Notes under the pieces: generated by a model
The model's database searches: none
Told to the model about the DNA's origin: nothing
Seen by the model: the letters and a program-made list of their open reading frames with translations, nothing else
Assembly (NCBI GenBank): GCA_964622505.1
Contig: CAZUQJ010000001.1
Location: 116,957 to 180,956 of the forward strand
Length of the DNA: 64,000 nt
Direction of reading: 5' to 3'
Source of the DNA: an uncultured Candidatus Saccharibacteria bacterium
GTDB lineage: Bacteria; Patescibacteriota; Minisyncoccia; Phycocordibacterales; UBA9973
In this document: positions 28,187-38,268 of the stretch, in pieces
How positions within the stretch are numbered: position 1 is the stretch's first letter
How the letters are laid out: every line of letters begins with the position of its first letter
Made by a program: the position numbers and the translations under genes

Positions 28187-29401
28187 ATGATAAATTATAA
28201 ACAAAAAATACTGTATACTATCTGTAGCTTATGTGTCCTCACCGGTGTTTTTATGTTTGGTGTGTATGTTGGGTTCTCTCAAGGTCCGGAGATCGGCAAG
28301 GTGACTGGTGTCAAAAATATTTCTAATCCTACAACCCAAACAGATTTCAATCCTTTTTGGAAAGCATGGAATGTATTGAAAGAGAAGTCGATAAACTCTA
28401 AAGATATAACCGATCAAGAAAAAGTCTGGGGATCAATACAGGGACTTGCTGATTCATTCCGGGATCCATATACCGTATTTTTTCCTCCAGAAGAAAACAA
28501 ACTTTTCAACGATAGTATTCGTGGAACATTTAGTGGTATAGGGGCTGAGATGGGTATGAAGAATAAACTGCTGACGATTATCTCACCGCTCAAAGATAGT
28601 CCCGCAGATAAGGCTGGAATACAAACTGGAGATATTATAGTGAAGATCGATGGTGTGGATACAAAGAATATGAGCATTGATCGCGCGATCAGCTTGATAC
28701 GAGGCAAAAAGGGTACTACAGTAAACCTGACAATCTTTAGAAAGGGTCAGATAAAAACTCGCGATATTGCTGTTGTGCGCGATATTGTCGATATCCCGAC
28801 CATAGATACAGAGCTTCGAGCAGATGGAATATTTGTTATTAAATTCTACAGCTTCTCTGAAAATTCAGGCAATCTTTTTGACGCAGCACTTGATAAATTT
28901 GCTGATTCAAAATCTGACAAATTGATTCTCGACTTACGAGGCAACCCGGGAGGCTACTTGGATGTGGCAGTGCATATTGCAAGTAGATTTATTGACGAAG
29001 GCAAGATTATTGCCATAGAGGATTATGGTGATACAAGAGAAGATGAGACATATCGTAGCTTCGGCCCAAAAATGTTCGATACGAATCTAAAGTTTGTAGT
29101 ACTTGTCGATGGTGGTTCGGCTTCAGCTAGCGAAATATTGGCTGGTGCACTCAAAGAGCACAAGGTTGCGACAATAGTTGGAGATACTACCTTTGGCAAA
29201 GGCTCGGTGCAGGAACTGGTAAAGATCACAGACGACACCTCATTGAAGGTAACCATTGCTCGCTGGTTGACACCAAACGGTGTTTCTATATCGGATCATG
29301 GTTTGGAGCCAGATGTAAAAGTAAATTTTACAGAGAAGGATATAACAGACAAGAATGATGTTCAGTTGAATAAAGCGGTAGAAATATTAAAAGCAAAGTA
29401 G
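28187..29401 (+). CDS. ctpA: S41 C-terminal processing peptidase
   Basis: PDZ domain, DLRGNPGG, SASASEI, TFGKGSVQ. Confidence 0.92.
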   Translation: MINYKQKILYTICSLCVLTGVFMFGVYVGFSQGPEIGKVTGVKNISNPTTQTDFNPFWKAWNVLKEKSINSKDITDQEKVWGSIQGLADSFRDPYTVFFPPEENKLFNDSIRGTFSGIGAEMGMKNKLLTIISPLKDSPADKAGIQTGDIIVKIDGVDTKNMSIDRAISLIRGKKGTTVNLTIFRKGQIKTRDIAVVRDIVDIPTIDTELRADGIFVIKFYSFSENSGNLFDAALDKFADSKSDKLILDLRGNPGGYLDVAVHIASRFIDEGKIIAIEDYGDTREDETYRSFGPKMFDTNLKFVVLVDGGSASASEILAGALKEHKVATIVGDTTFGKGSVQELVKITDDTSLKVTIARWLTPNGVSISDHGLEPDVKVNFTEKDITDKNDVQLNKAVEILKAK

Positions 29402-29409
29402 AAAAATAT

Positions 29410-29847
29410 ATGAAAGTTATCCTCCTAAAAGACGTGTTGAAAGTAGGCAACAAAGACAGTGTATTAGAATTTGCAGATGGTTATGCCCAAAATGTGCTCA
29501 TAGCCAAGGGCTTGGCAATACGCGCGACTCCTCATGAGCTTTCAAAGCTTGAGGAAAAATTAAAGAAGTTGCAAAGTATAAAAGAAGAAGAAAATAAAGT
29601 ATTCGACATCCTCGTTTCTTCTTTAAATAATAAAATACTCACGCTAAAAGCAAAGTCAAATGAAAAGGGGCACCTATTCAGTGCTGTCAAAAAGGCTGAA
29701 ATAGCAACGCTTATAAAAGAACACACAGGTACTGATATCGCCGAAGATGCTATTGAATTCGGCAAACCAATAAAGGAGATAGGTTCCCATTCTATAACAA
29801 TCAAAAAAGGGGAGCGTAGTGGTACTTTTATGATAAATGTAGAGTAA
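29410..29847 (+). CDS. rplI: 50S ribosomal protein L9
   Basis: MKVILLKDV..VG...V..ADGYA.N.L. Confidence 0.92.
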   Translation: MKVILLKDVLKVGNKDSVLEFADGYAQNVLIAKGLAIRATPHELSKLEEKLKKLQSIKEEENKVFDILVSSLNNKILTLKAKSNEKGHLFSAVKKAEIATLIKEHTGTDIAEDAIEFGKPIKEIGSHSITIKKGERSGTFMINVE

Positions 29848-29879
29848 ACAAAACCCCTCAAATTTGAGGGGTTTTGTTT
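29846..29879. terminator. Bidirectional terminator
   Basis: AAACAAAACCCCTCAA-at-TTGAGGGGTTTTGTTT between rplI and rpmA. Confidence 0.8.
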
Positions 29880-29885
29880 GTATAT

Positions 29886-30161
29886 TTAAGCTATTACGTG
29901 TACTACTTTCTTTACTGTTGTTTTGTTGTTGAATCCAATTTTACGCTTGCTTCCAAATTTGACAATACCTTCTTTGAGAGCAAAGAGTGTATGATCACGG
30001 CCCATACCTACATTGGTCCCAGCCATGATACGTGTGCCACGCTGACGGATAATAACTCCTCCAGCCTTTGCAGTTTGCCCAGCGTAAAGCTTAGTACCTA
30101 GATACTTTGGATTTGAGTCTTTTAAGTTTTTGGCCGAACCTCCGGCTTTCCTATGTGCCAT
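29886..30161 (-). CDS. rpmA: 50S ribosomal protein L27
   Basis: [31 protein letters not shown]. Confidence 0.97.
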   Translation of the reverse strand: MAHRKAGGSAKNLKDSNPKYLGTKLYAGQTAKAGGVIIRQRGTRIMAGTNVGMGRDHTLFALKEGIVKFGSKRKIGFNNKTTVKKVVHVIA

Positions 30162-30205
30162 ATGATGCTATCTATAATGAATAATTTATAATATAATAGT
30201 ACGTA

Positions 30206-30610
30206 ATGAAGAGTATACAGCATTTAAAGGATAAAATCAAGGGTTTGGCGTACCCTGACAAAAGCCTTATTTTACAAGCTTTTATTGTGATTTTGGTCGC
30301 TGTGGGTTCATTTGGTCTTGGACGTCTAACATACTCGTCTCCGAAAAGTGAAAAAGTAGCTATAATCAATCTCGACTCTACAAAAGGGGATAAGGTCACT
30401 TATTACAAAAAGTCATCTCCAACCAAAGAAGTAGCACCGACCTCAAACACCACAACTGGTGTGTATGTTGCTTCAAAAAATGGTAAACTATATTACAGGG
30501 TAGGATGTGGTGCAAGTAGTAGGATCAAAGAAGAGAATAAAATTTTCTTCAACACAGAACAAGAGGCTAGAGATGCAGGGCTCCAAGGTTCCGATTCATG
30601 CACACCCTAA
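30206..30610 (+). CDS. Membrane-anchored protein with Ada-like metal-binding C-terminus
   Basis: SFGLGRL, YVASKNGK.YY...C....I.E.N.IFF....A..AG. Confidence 0.7.
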   Translation: MKSIQHLKDKIKGLAYPDKSLILQAFIVILVAVGSFGLGRLTYSSPKSEKVAIINLDSTKGDKVTYYKKSSPTKEVAPTSNTTTGVYVASKNGKLYYRVGCGASSRIKEENKIFFNTEQEARDAGLQGSDSCTP

Positions 30611-30614
30611 ATGT

Positions 30615-31517
30615 ATGATTAAAATACTTTTTAAAACACTTTTTGTAATTTTTCTCGTTATGTCGCTGTATATTATGCGCGATGATATTTCTGATTTTGT
30701 TAACAAAAAAAAGGCTCAAATAATCAAATCAATAAAAAGTTCACAGACAGAAGGTTCAATCTCGTCCGACGGGCTTGTTGATGTAAAGAAATTGGTAGAC
30801 ACTCCGGGTGCATTGCGAGCTACCAGCTTCTTCAATATTAACCAGGCAAGCTTCCTTACTAATGCCGGTATTATTGTGGAAACAAATAGAGAACGTGCAA
30901 AAGAGAATCTGAGTCAACTAAAAGAAAATACAAAATTAAATCTATCTGCAGAGAAAAAGGTCAATGACATGTTTGCTCGCCAGTACTTCGAGCACGTTTC
31001 GCCATCAGGCGTTGGTGTGAGTGATCTTGGGCAAGCTGTCGGCTACGAATATATCATTATCGGTGAGAACTTGGCTCTAGGCAACTTTAAAGATGACAAG
31101 GCTGTCATTGCTGCATGGATGGCAAGTCCTGGCCACAGAGCCAACATGATGAATAAAAATTATACAGAAATGGGTGCCTACGCGCGTAAAGGGACTTTTG
31201 AAGGCAAAGAGACATGGCTTGCTGTCCAGCATTTCGGTACACCGCAGAATCTGTGCCCAAAGATAGATGTCTTGCTCAAGAGCTCAATACAAGCTGATCA
31301 GATTAAATTGAAAACAATGCAAGGGGACTTGGCTCAGAGATTGAAGGATGTAAATAGCAACAAAATGGTAAATGGCAAAACTCATGATGAGCAGGTAGAA
31401 GAATACAATACTTTGGTAAATAAATACAATATACTCGTGGCAAAGAGTAAAGCGAATATAAATATATACAACAAACAAGTTCGCGAATTTAACGCATGCG
31501 TAGAAGTTAGACAATAA
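30615..31517 (+). CDS. CAP/SCP domain protein
   Basis: YFEH.SP, GENLA.G, WMASPGHRAN. Confidence 0.9.
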   Translation: MIKILFKTLFVIFLVMSLYIMRDDISDFVNKKKAQIIKSIKSSQTEGSISSDGLVDVKKLVDTPGALRATSFFNINQASFLTNAGIIVETNRERAKENLSQLKENTKLNLSAEKKVNDMFARQYFEHVSPSGVGVSDLGQAVGYEYIIIGENLALGNFKDDKAVIAAWMASPGHRANMMNKNYTEMGAYARKGTFEGKETWLAVQHFGTPQNLCPKIDVLLKSSIQADQIKLKTMQGDLAQRLKDVNSNKMVNGKTHDEQVEEYNTLVNKYNILVAKSKANINIYNKQVREFNACVEVRQ

Positions 31518-31582
31518 AGCCAGAGGTTTAGTAGGAGAGAGCCCTTTATAGGGCTTTTTCTATAGGGGGAAAATATATAGTA

Positions 31583-31610
31583 GTGTCGTACAATATATCT
31601 TTCGCGACTC
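31583..31610. other. Candidate dif-like (Xer) recombination site
   Basis: GTGTCGTACAA-TATATC-TTTCGCGACTC, 11-6-11 imperfect palindrome at the gene-polarity switch. Confidence 0.4.
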
Positions 31611-31706
31611 TATATATCTTATATAAGGCTTAGAAAGGATTACTAGATTGTGCGCACATTTTAAAAATGTCGCACAATTTTCACGACACATGCTATAATT
31701 AACTTC

Positions 31707-32051
31707 ATGTTTAAAGAATTCCCAGCTTCTCGTTTTTATATTCTCAAAATTCTATACTTTTTACCCATAGCTTCGTATGCATTAGGTTCTCTACTTTTGT
31801 CTATGGATGAACCATGTTATGGAAATTCTGATTGTTATTTCGACAGTTTTGGTGGCCAGTTAGGTCTTTTTGGTGTTTATGGATTTTTCCTATACTTTAG
31901 TCCCATAGTATCTATAATACTTTTTAATTTAATTTTGGAGAAAAAGAAAAAAAATAAAGTTTTGGGAATGAGTGATTCACTTTTCTTTTATGGTTTCTGC
32001 CCTCTAAATTTATTTCTCGCTGTACGATTTTTGTTGGGAACTTTCTTATAA
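31707..32051 (+). CDS. Hypothetical membrane protein
   Basis: Leaderless TGCTATAAT promoter; 3 TM helices. Confidence 0.6.
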   Translation: MFKEFPASRFYILKILYFLPIASYALGSLLLSMDEPCYGNSDCYFDSFGGQLGLFGVYGFFLYFSPIVSIILFNLILEKKKKNKVLGMSDSLFFYGFCPLNLFLAVRFLLGTFL

Positions 32052-32417
32052 AGCAACTTGCGAAGAACTTCTTTTCCGTGCATCTTTTTCTAGGTTATTA
32101 TAAAGTCGGCCATGTTTGATCCAACCACCAAGGTATTCATAATAGAATTTTAAAAAACCGCGTTCTTGATATTGAAGCCAGTGGATTCGTTCATGGGCAA
32201 GGATACTGCCGGGCTTATCCCCTTCTGTTTGGTATTTTTGCTCAATATAGATCCCAAACGGCGGAATTGTCACCGCCATAATCTTTCCAGGCAAAGACGA
32301 AATATAGTTGGTTGGTGCTGGGTCATGAATAACAAATGTAGAATATATTGCACTAAAACTTATAACAATAACAATTATTAAAAATATAGCACAGAGGATT
32401 TTGATAAATTTTTTCAT
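32046..32417 (-). CDS. Small membrane-anchored HExxH protein (DUF4157-like)
   Basis: LAHERIHWLQY..GF.KFY..Y..LEKDA. Confidence 0.65.
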   Translation of the reverse strand: MKKFIKILCAIFLIIVIVISFSAIYSTFVIHDPAPTNYISSLPGKIMAVTIPPFGIYIEQKYQTEGDKPGSILAHERIHWLQYQERGFLKFYYEYLGGWIKHGRLYNNLEKDARKRSSSQVAL

Positions 32418-32433
32418 AGCCTAATAACTTAGA

Positions 32434-32817
32434 TTATCGCACAGTGCGATACCCTGAAGTATCTGCTTCCAACTCCCCTTCTTTGGCGTCTATTTTTGTA
32501 TTTTCAGAATTTTGGAAAGTTGGAGCTTTTATATCCATGTTTTTTATTTGTGGTAGTGGTAAAAAACTGCTGAAATCAAAATGGGCAGTTTTGTTTGTGT
32601 CTGGGTTGCTCGGTGTCTGGAAGAACTTTTCACCTATTGTCACCTTGATCAGATTTTCTACGTATGCCTTGTTTTTCTTGAATTGCTCGGATTCAAAGGC
32701 TGTCTTGAGATCAACACGCAAGAATACAAATACGAGAGCTCCAAGGATAATTATAGGTAGTATGATACCACCACGATTATGTATTGACCCTAAATTTTTA
32801 GTATCTGTATTATGCAT
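32434..32817 (-). CDS. Hypothetical single-TM protein
   Basis: ORF with leaderless promoter and N-terminal TM. Confidence 0.6.
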   Translation of the reverse strand: MHNTDTKNLGSIHNRGGIILPIIILGALVFVFLRVDLKTAFESEQFKKNKAYVENLIKVTIGEKFFQTPSNPDTNKTAHFDFSSFLPLPQIKNMDIKAPTFQNSENTKIDAKEGELEADTSGYRTVR

Positions 32818-32850
32818 GTTTATATTATATCAAATTTTATTTACTAGCTC

Positions 32851-34170
32851 CTAATTCTTTTTGAGCATAGCGGTAGATGTGAGCTTGGGTAAATATATCA
32901 TTGGGTCTAGATACGCGCTGATCGGCGCTACTGGCATAACAAAGTGTGCTCCTGGACAGGATTTGCTTGCGAATTCAGTAATCTCTGCACCTTGGCTTGC
33001 GTATACGCTCACATGCAAGTGTGGACCTGTAGAATGGCCTGTATTGCCCGATAGAGCCACTATATCTCCTGCTTTGACTTCCTGGCCGACAATAGCCTGA
33101 ATATTTGATAAGTGTCCATAGGTGCTCGAAAGACCATTGTTGTATTGGATAAATACCCACTTGCCAAAAGATGCTCCTTTACAGAAAGTGTCGGTATTGC
33201 CTGTACCCATAACAGTACCTGTACCCATAGCCACAACTGGCGTACCAATACTTGCTCGGAAGTCTACTCCGCTGTGAGATCCAGATGCATATAGTCGCCC
33301 TGAGGCAGCAGTTTTGCCAAAAAGCTGGGTAATCAATACTTTTTCTAGTGGCCAGGCTAGTGCTCCAGAGCCCGCACTCGGCAATAGATTCGGATTCAAT
33401 AGGAATTTTAGTTGCGCTTCATAGTCACGGAATTCTTTTTCAAAAGAGTCGCGTTTTTTTTGCTGTTCTGCTAGGATCTTTTTGTATTCAGATTCTTTAT
33501 TTTTGGTTTCTTTCAAAATTTTATCTTTTTCGGCTTTTGCAAGCTCGATTGCCTTTTTCTCCATATCCAATTTTTGTTTCAAAGTTCCAAGATTGGCATT
33601 TTCCTTCTCCTTCATCTCTTTGGATTCTTCTAGATTTTGCTTGATCTCTTGGGTGGTTTCTATAAAGGAATCAATTTTTTTATTCAGAGAAATTCTTTCT
33701 TGATATTCTTGGCTGATATTTCGGAGTCCATTCTCTGTTAGGATCAATTCCACAATAGATCTTTGATCGTTTTGATAAAGTTCGTTAAATGATTTTTTTA
33801 ATACAGCGCGGGTTAAGCTGATCTCTTTGTTTCTCTCGTCGATATTTGTTTCCAAGCCGACGATGACATTTTTGCCGAGTTCAATCTTTTTAGTGGTCTG
33901 AGTGGTTTCCTTTAAAAGTTTTTCCCGAGTCAGATTGAGCTCTTTTATCAATCGTGACAAAGTTTGGGCTTCTTGATTAGTGAGACTGATTTGATCTTGG
34001 TACTTTTGGATTTCTCGATCGAGCTCGGCAATCTGTTCTTTTGTAGTTAGAATTTTTGAATTAAGTGTTTCTTTTGTTTCTGTCGTTGCTCCGTAGATAA
34101 AAGATTGTGGAAATACAAAAGAAAATATAAGGATAAAAAAGACAACTTTTTTTGTTATATATTTACCCAT
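32851..34170 (-). CDS. Coiled-coil M23 peptidase (EnvC/CwlO-like murein hydrolase)
   Basis: Signal peptide, long coiled coil, HSGVDF, YGHL, STGPHLH. Confidence 0.9.
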   Translation of the reverse strand: MGKYITKKVVFFILIFSFVFPQSFIYGATTETKETLNSKILTTKEQIAELDREIQKYQDQISLTNQEAQTLSRLIKELNLTREKLLKETTQTTKKIELGKNVIVGLETNIDERNKEISLTRAVLKKSFNELYQNDQRSIVELILTENGLRNISQEYQERISLNKKIDSFIETTQEIKQNLEESKEMKEKENANLGTLKQKLDMEKKAIELAKAEKDKILKETKNKESEYKKILAEQQKKRDSFEKEFRDYEAQLKFLLNPNLLPSAGSGALAWPLEKVLITQLFGKTAASGRLYASGSHSGVDFRASIGTPVVAMGTGTVMGTGNTDTFCKGASFGKWVFIQYNNGLSSTYGHLSNIQAIVGQEVKAGDIVALSGNTGHSTGPHLHVSVYASQGAEITEFASKSCPGAHFVMPVAPISAYLDPMIYLPKLTSTAMLKKN

Positions 34171-35641
34171 TATGTTTTACGTCTAATATTTCTAATGCAC
34201 CATTTAGGCGAAGCATGGTGCCAACTTTCCCAAACAATTCAGCAAGTACAAATGGGTCGGGTGACTTCTCTTGTCCGGAGAGGCTGTAGCGCATTGGCCA
34301 GAGGACTGATCCACGGCCTACTTCTGTTGCATATTCCCAAAGAGTGTCTTTAATCTTTTCTTTAGTCCAGCTTGCTTCGTCAATTTCTGAAAGGAGATCT
34401 ATAACTTTTTTTATATTTTCTTCTGTCGTCGTGTTTTCTTTTTGTTCCTTTTTTAAAATATCTAAATGTAATTTTGGATATTTGAAATAGTAATCCAAGT
34501 CTCCATTGACAGCCATCATTTCAATATCGAGTCCCGATGATACACGCTCAATAACGATCGGAGTGATGTTGTGTAGCATCTGTGTGGTAAAGTGTGGCAG
34601 TTCTTTAATATCATTTGGTATAAATTTCAAAATGTAAGCTTCTTGATCTTGATACGACATTTTCTTTATATATTCGCGATTGATCCATGCCAATTTTTCT
34701 TCGTTGAATTGCGCGCCAGAGTGCTGGATTTTTGTTACATCAAATGCTTCCAAGAGATCATCGAGAGTCATTACTTCCCTATCGTCTCCAGGGTTCCAAC
34801 CCAAAAATGCCAGGAAATTGATCATCGCTTCTGGTAGTATGCCTTCATTTCTATAGTCTAATACATCTTTTGCTCCATCACGTTTGCCAAGCTTCTTTTT
34901 GCCTCCAGGGGCCATTATGGGTGGCAGGGTCGCCATTTCTGGTCTGTCTACACCTAGAGCTTCATATAGAGCCAAGAATTTAGGCGTTGAAGAGATAAAT
35001 TCATCAGCACGCATTATGTGAGTTACTCCCATTTCCAAGTCGTCGATAATGTGGGCGAAATTGTATGTTGGGTAGCCATCGCTTTTGATCAATATAAAAT
35101 CATCAAGAGCTTCCGGACCAGCAGTCAGCTTGCCACGCACAAGATCATTCCATTCTGATGTTTTTATTTCTTGGATTTTTAAACGCAACGGCATCGATCC
35201 ATCCCACACTGGAGGATTCTCTGGTCGATGTTCGCGATACAAAAATGGTCTTTTTTCCGCGTCTGCTTTTGCACGAAATGCTTGGAGTTCTTCTTCTGTA
35301 TACGGGTCGGCATATGCCAAGCCCCTGTCTATCAGTATTTGTGCATACTTCTTATATGAATCAAGTCTTTGTGACTGTATGTATGGAGCATTGGCGCCAC
35401 CAATATCTGGACCCTCGTCCCAGTCGAGTCCCAGCCACTTCAAAGATTCTATTATGTGACCAATAGATCCCTCCACTTCGCGCTCTTTGTCTGTATCTTC
35501 GATACGAAGAATAAAAGTACCATTGTGTTTACGGGCCCACAGATATGCATACAATGCAGTACGAATACCTCCCACATGAACAAAGCCTGTTGGCGACGGA
35601 GCAAAACGTGTAACTACTTTTTTGTGGTTTTCTTTTGTCAT
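34163..35641 (-). CDS. gltX: Glutamate--tRNA ligase
   Basis: TRFAPSPTG..HVGG, LRIEDTD, KLGKR. Confidence 0.95.
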   Translation of the reverse strand: MTKENHKKVVTRFAPSPTGFVHVGGIRTALYAYLWARKHNGTFILRIEDTDKEREVEGSIGHIIESLKWLGLDWDEGPDIGGANAPYIQSQRLDSYKKYAQILIDRGLAYADPYTEEELQAFRAKADAEKRPFLYREHRPENPPVWDGSMPLRLKIQEIKTSEWNDLVRGKLTAGPEALDDFILIKSDGYPTYNFAHIIDDLEMGVTHIMRADEFISSTPKFLALYEALGVDRPEMATLPPIMAPGGKKKLGKRDGAKDVLDYRNEGILPEAMINFLAFLGWNPGDDREVMTLDDLLEAFDVTKIQHSGAQFNEEKLAWINREYIKKMSYQDQEAYILKFIPNDIKELPHFTTQMLHNITPIVIERVSSGLDIEMMAVNGDLDYYFKYPKLHLDILKKEQKENTTTEENIKKVIDLLSEIDEASWTKEKIKDTLWEYATEVGRGSVLWPMRYSLSGQEKSPDPFVLAELFGKVGTMLRLNGALEILDVKHNG

Positions 35642-35642
35642 A

Positions 35643-36767
35643 TTATTCGTGTTCGAGAGCTATTTTAATGGCTTCTTGGGCGATCATTGAGCTTGCATTT
35701 GGGTTGGCAAATTTATGTGCAGAGTCTTTCATCTTAGCTAATAAATTTTTATCTTCAATCAATTTGTCGATCAGGGTAGAAATAACATGAGGTTTGAAAT
35801 TGACTTCCTCCACGACTTCACTTGCACCACTGCGTGCATAGTTAAATGCATTTTTTCTCTGGTGGTCACCATTGCTTTCTGTGATAGGAATAATAATTGA
35901 CGGTGTACCCCAAGATGCGATCTCGAAAATAGTTGACCCCGCACGTGAGAGCACTACGGTCGCAATACCGGCAGCCATTTTAGTAGTCACATCATTCATA
36001 AAGGCTATTGGCTTGTAATACTTCTTCAAAGGATTTTTATCTAAAATAAAATCGGACCTTTTGACCACATCGTCGAAATTTTTGACTCCGGTTTGGTGGA
36101 TAATCTGATATTTTTCGATTAGTATTGGCAAAGCTTCTAAGATTATTTTATTTATTATTTCTGCGCCCTGCGAACCACCAAGGATAAGTAGGGTCGATTT
36201 AGATGCATCAAAATTAAAGAATTCATACGCTCCGTCACTTGAGCCATGCATAATACTTTTGCGTATTGGCTGGCCGGTGAGAACTGTCTTTTCTTTTGGT
36301 AAATATTCTACAGATTCGCTCCATGATACGGCAATATGTTTTGCAAATTTTGCAGTCCACAGATTGAGCCTGCCTGGGTATGAATCAGATTCGTGGACTA
36401 TGACTGGTATACGGAGGAATTTGGCCCCAAAAACAGCCGGAAAGGCTCCATAACCACCTTTAGATATAACCACATCTGGATATATAGTAAAAAGCTTCAA
36501 TAGCCCAACAACAGCTCCGATGCCGGCAGCAATCATATCAAAGAAATTTTTGATCGAGGAGTAAGTACGCAATTTACCGGCTGGTACTTGGACAAAACTG
36601 ATCCGGTTGTTGAAAAGGGCCTGTTTGTCATATGGAGTATCCGACATGTAATACAGCTTCAAATCCAATATTTTTTCTTTTTGGGCGATAGTATTGAGCT
36701 CTTCGGCAATAGCGATCAAAGGATAAAAATGACCCCCAGTTCCACCCCCTGTAAGTAATATCTTCAT
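35643..36767 (-). CDS. murG: MurG glycosyltransferase
   Basis: TGGGTGGHFYP, GGSQGA, SRAG, HQ..NA. Confidence 0.95.
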   Translation of the reverse strand: MKILLTGGGTGGHFYPLIAIAEELNTIAQKEKILDLKLYYMSDTPYDKQALFNNRISFVQVPAGKLRTYSSIKNFFDMIAAGIGAVVGLLKLFTIYPDVVISKGGYGAFPAVFGAKFLRIPVIVHESDSYPGRLNLWTAKFAKHIAVSWSESVEYLPKEKTVLTGQPIRKSIMHGSSDGAYEFFNFDASKSTLLILGGSQGAEIINKIILEALPILIEKYQIIHQTGVKNFDDVVKRSDFILDKNPLKKYYKPIAFMNDVTTKMAAGIATVVLSRAGSTIFEIASWGTPSIIIPITESNGDHQRKNAFNYARSGASEVVEEVNFKPHVISTLIDKLIEDKNLLAKMKDSAHKFANPNASSMIAQEAIKIALEHE

Positions 36768-36851
36768 ACCCCATATTTTACCGCATTTTTGGATATTTTT
36801 CTAGTACACCAGTACTTCCTTTTACTTGAAAGGCTTAAATCTAAAAATAAT

Positions 36852-37139
36852 TTATTTCCTCTTGTCCAACCCCAACTCCTTCCCTTTTTTATTTCGCCGA
36901 TAAATTAAAATTGAAAGTACAACTAATAGCACAATCGGTATAGATACAAGAAGTATATTTTCAAGATAAGAAGGACTACCCTCTGATGAATTGTACCCAT
37001 TAAAATCTGATGGATAGTACCCACCTGTACAATCTTCTTCAATATTAGGATTAGGGACGCAAGGCAAAATTGCAAAAATAGGATTACTATTTGATAACAA
37101 AATCAATAAAATAATTACAAAAACTCTAAGTATTTTCAT
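36852..37139 (-). CDS. Small secreted/membrane orphan protein between ftsW and murG
   Basis: Signal peptide, two Cys, C-terminal TM plus basic tail. Confidence 0.6.
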   Translation of the reverse strand: MKILRVFVIILLILLSNSNPIFAILPCVPNPNIEEDCTGGYYPSDFNGYNSSEGSPSYLENILLVSIPIVLLVVLSILIYRRNKKGKELGLDKRK

Positions 37140-37155
37140 AATAAAATTATACCAG

Positions 37156-38256
37156 TTAATTCTTTTTTTGGAAACGAGAAACGTTGAGGATTATGCCCAT
37201 GGCGCCGAGGGTTATTAGTAGAGAGGTGCCACCGTGGCTGATGAATGGTAGAGGTACACCCGTCAGTGGGAATACGCCAATAATCGAGGCGATGTTCATA
37301 AATGCTTGTGTGAGTGTGATTGTAATGAGTCCAATAGCTAGTAATTTGGAAAATGAGTCAGGTGCGTAATATCCAATTTTGAATCCACGAAATGCAAAAA
37401 TAATAAACAAGAGAATAATAGCAACTGTGCCGATAAAACCTGTTTCCTCTCCTATAACAGCAAAGATCGAGTCGCCTTGAGGTTCTGGTAAGTAACTGTA
37501 CTTCTGTATACTTTGGCCCAATCCCCTGCCAAAGATCCCTCCGGAGCCGATAGCGATCAGTGATTGCTGTAGTTGGTACGATGCCCCACTTTGGTTCTGG
37601 CTTGGGTGCAGGAATGTATTTACACGGCTCTTCAAATAAGGAGTCACTGAAACAAGTATTCCAAATCCAACGATACTAATAACAAAAATTCCTAAAATAT
37701 ATTTCCATGGCATACCAGAGATGAAGAGCATAACCATAGCAGTTGTTGCGATCAGAATGACACTCTTTGTGTCGGGTTGCTTGAGTAGTACAAGTGCAAT
37801 AACTCCAAGTAATAATAAGAGTGGGATAATACTGAACTTCATATCACGGACTTTTGTCTTGACCCAAGAAAGCCATGCAGCAAAATAAATAACAAAAGCG
37901 ATTTTTAGGAATTCTACCGGTTGAAATGATATACCAAAAATATTAATCCAGCGCTGTGCTCCTCCGTGACTAAATCCAATCTTTGGAACAAAAACTAAGC
38001 ATGTAATAAGTATAGAAATGATGAAGATCGTTAGTGAATATGTCCGCCAAAATTTGTATGGGATACGATATGCACAATACATAGCGATCCCCCCACCAAG
38101 TAGTCCAAAAAGGAATTGATTGAAGATTACGTCGTAGAATTTGGCAGGATTCTTTGCCAAGATTCCAAGCGATGCTGAAGTAAACATAACCACGCCGACT
38201 ACAACGAGCGTGACAATAAGACCAAAAAATATTTTATCAATGTTTTTTTCTTTCAT
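37156..38256 (-). CDS. ftsW: FtsW/RodA SEDS protein
   Basis: GAQRW, QPVEFLK, QPD, LPEPQGDSIF, GVPLPFISHGG. Confidence 0.92.
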   Translation of the reverse strand: MKEKNIDKIFFGLIVTLVVVGVVMFTSASLGILAKNPAKFYDVIFNQFLFGLLGGGIAMYCAYRIPYKFWRTYSLTIFIISILITCLVFVPKIGFSHGGAQRWINIFGISFQPVEFLKIAFVIYFAAWLSWVKTKVRDMKFSIIPLLLLLGVIALVLLKQPDTKSVILIATTAMVMLFISGMPWKYILGIFVISIVGFGILVSVTPYLKSRVNTFLHPSQNQSGASYQLQQSLIAIGSGGIFGRGLGQSIQKYSYLPEPQGDSIFAVIGEETGFIGTVAIILLFIIFAFRGFKIGYYAPDSFSKLLAIGLITITLTQAFMNIASIIGVFPLTGVPLPFISHGGTSLLITLGAMGIILNVSRFQKKN

Positions 38257-38268
38257 TTTTTAAATAAA

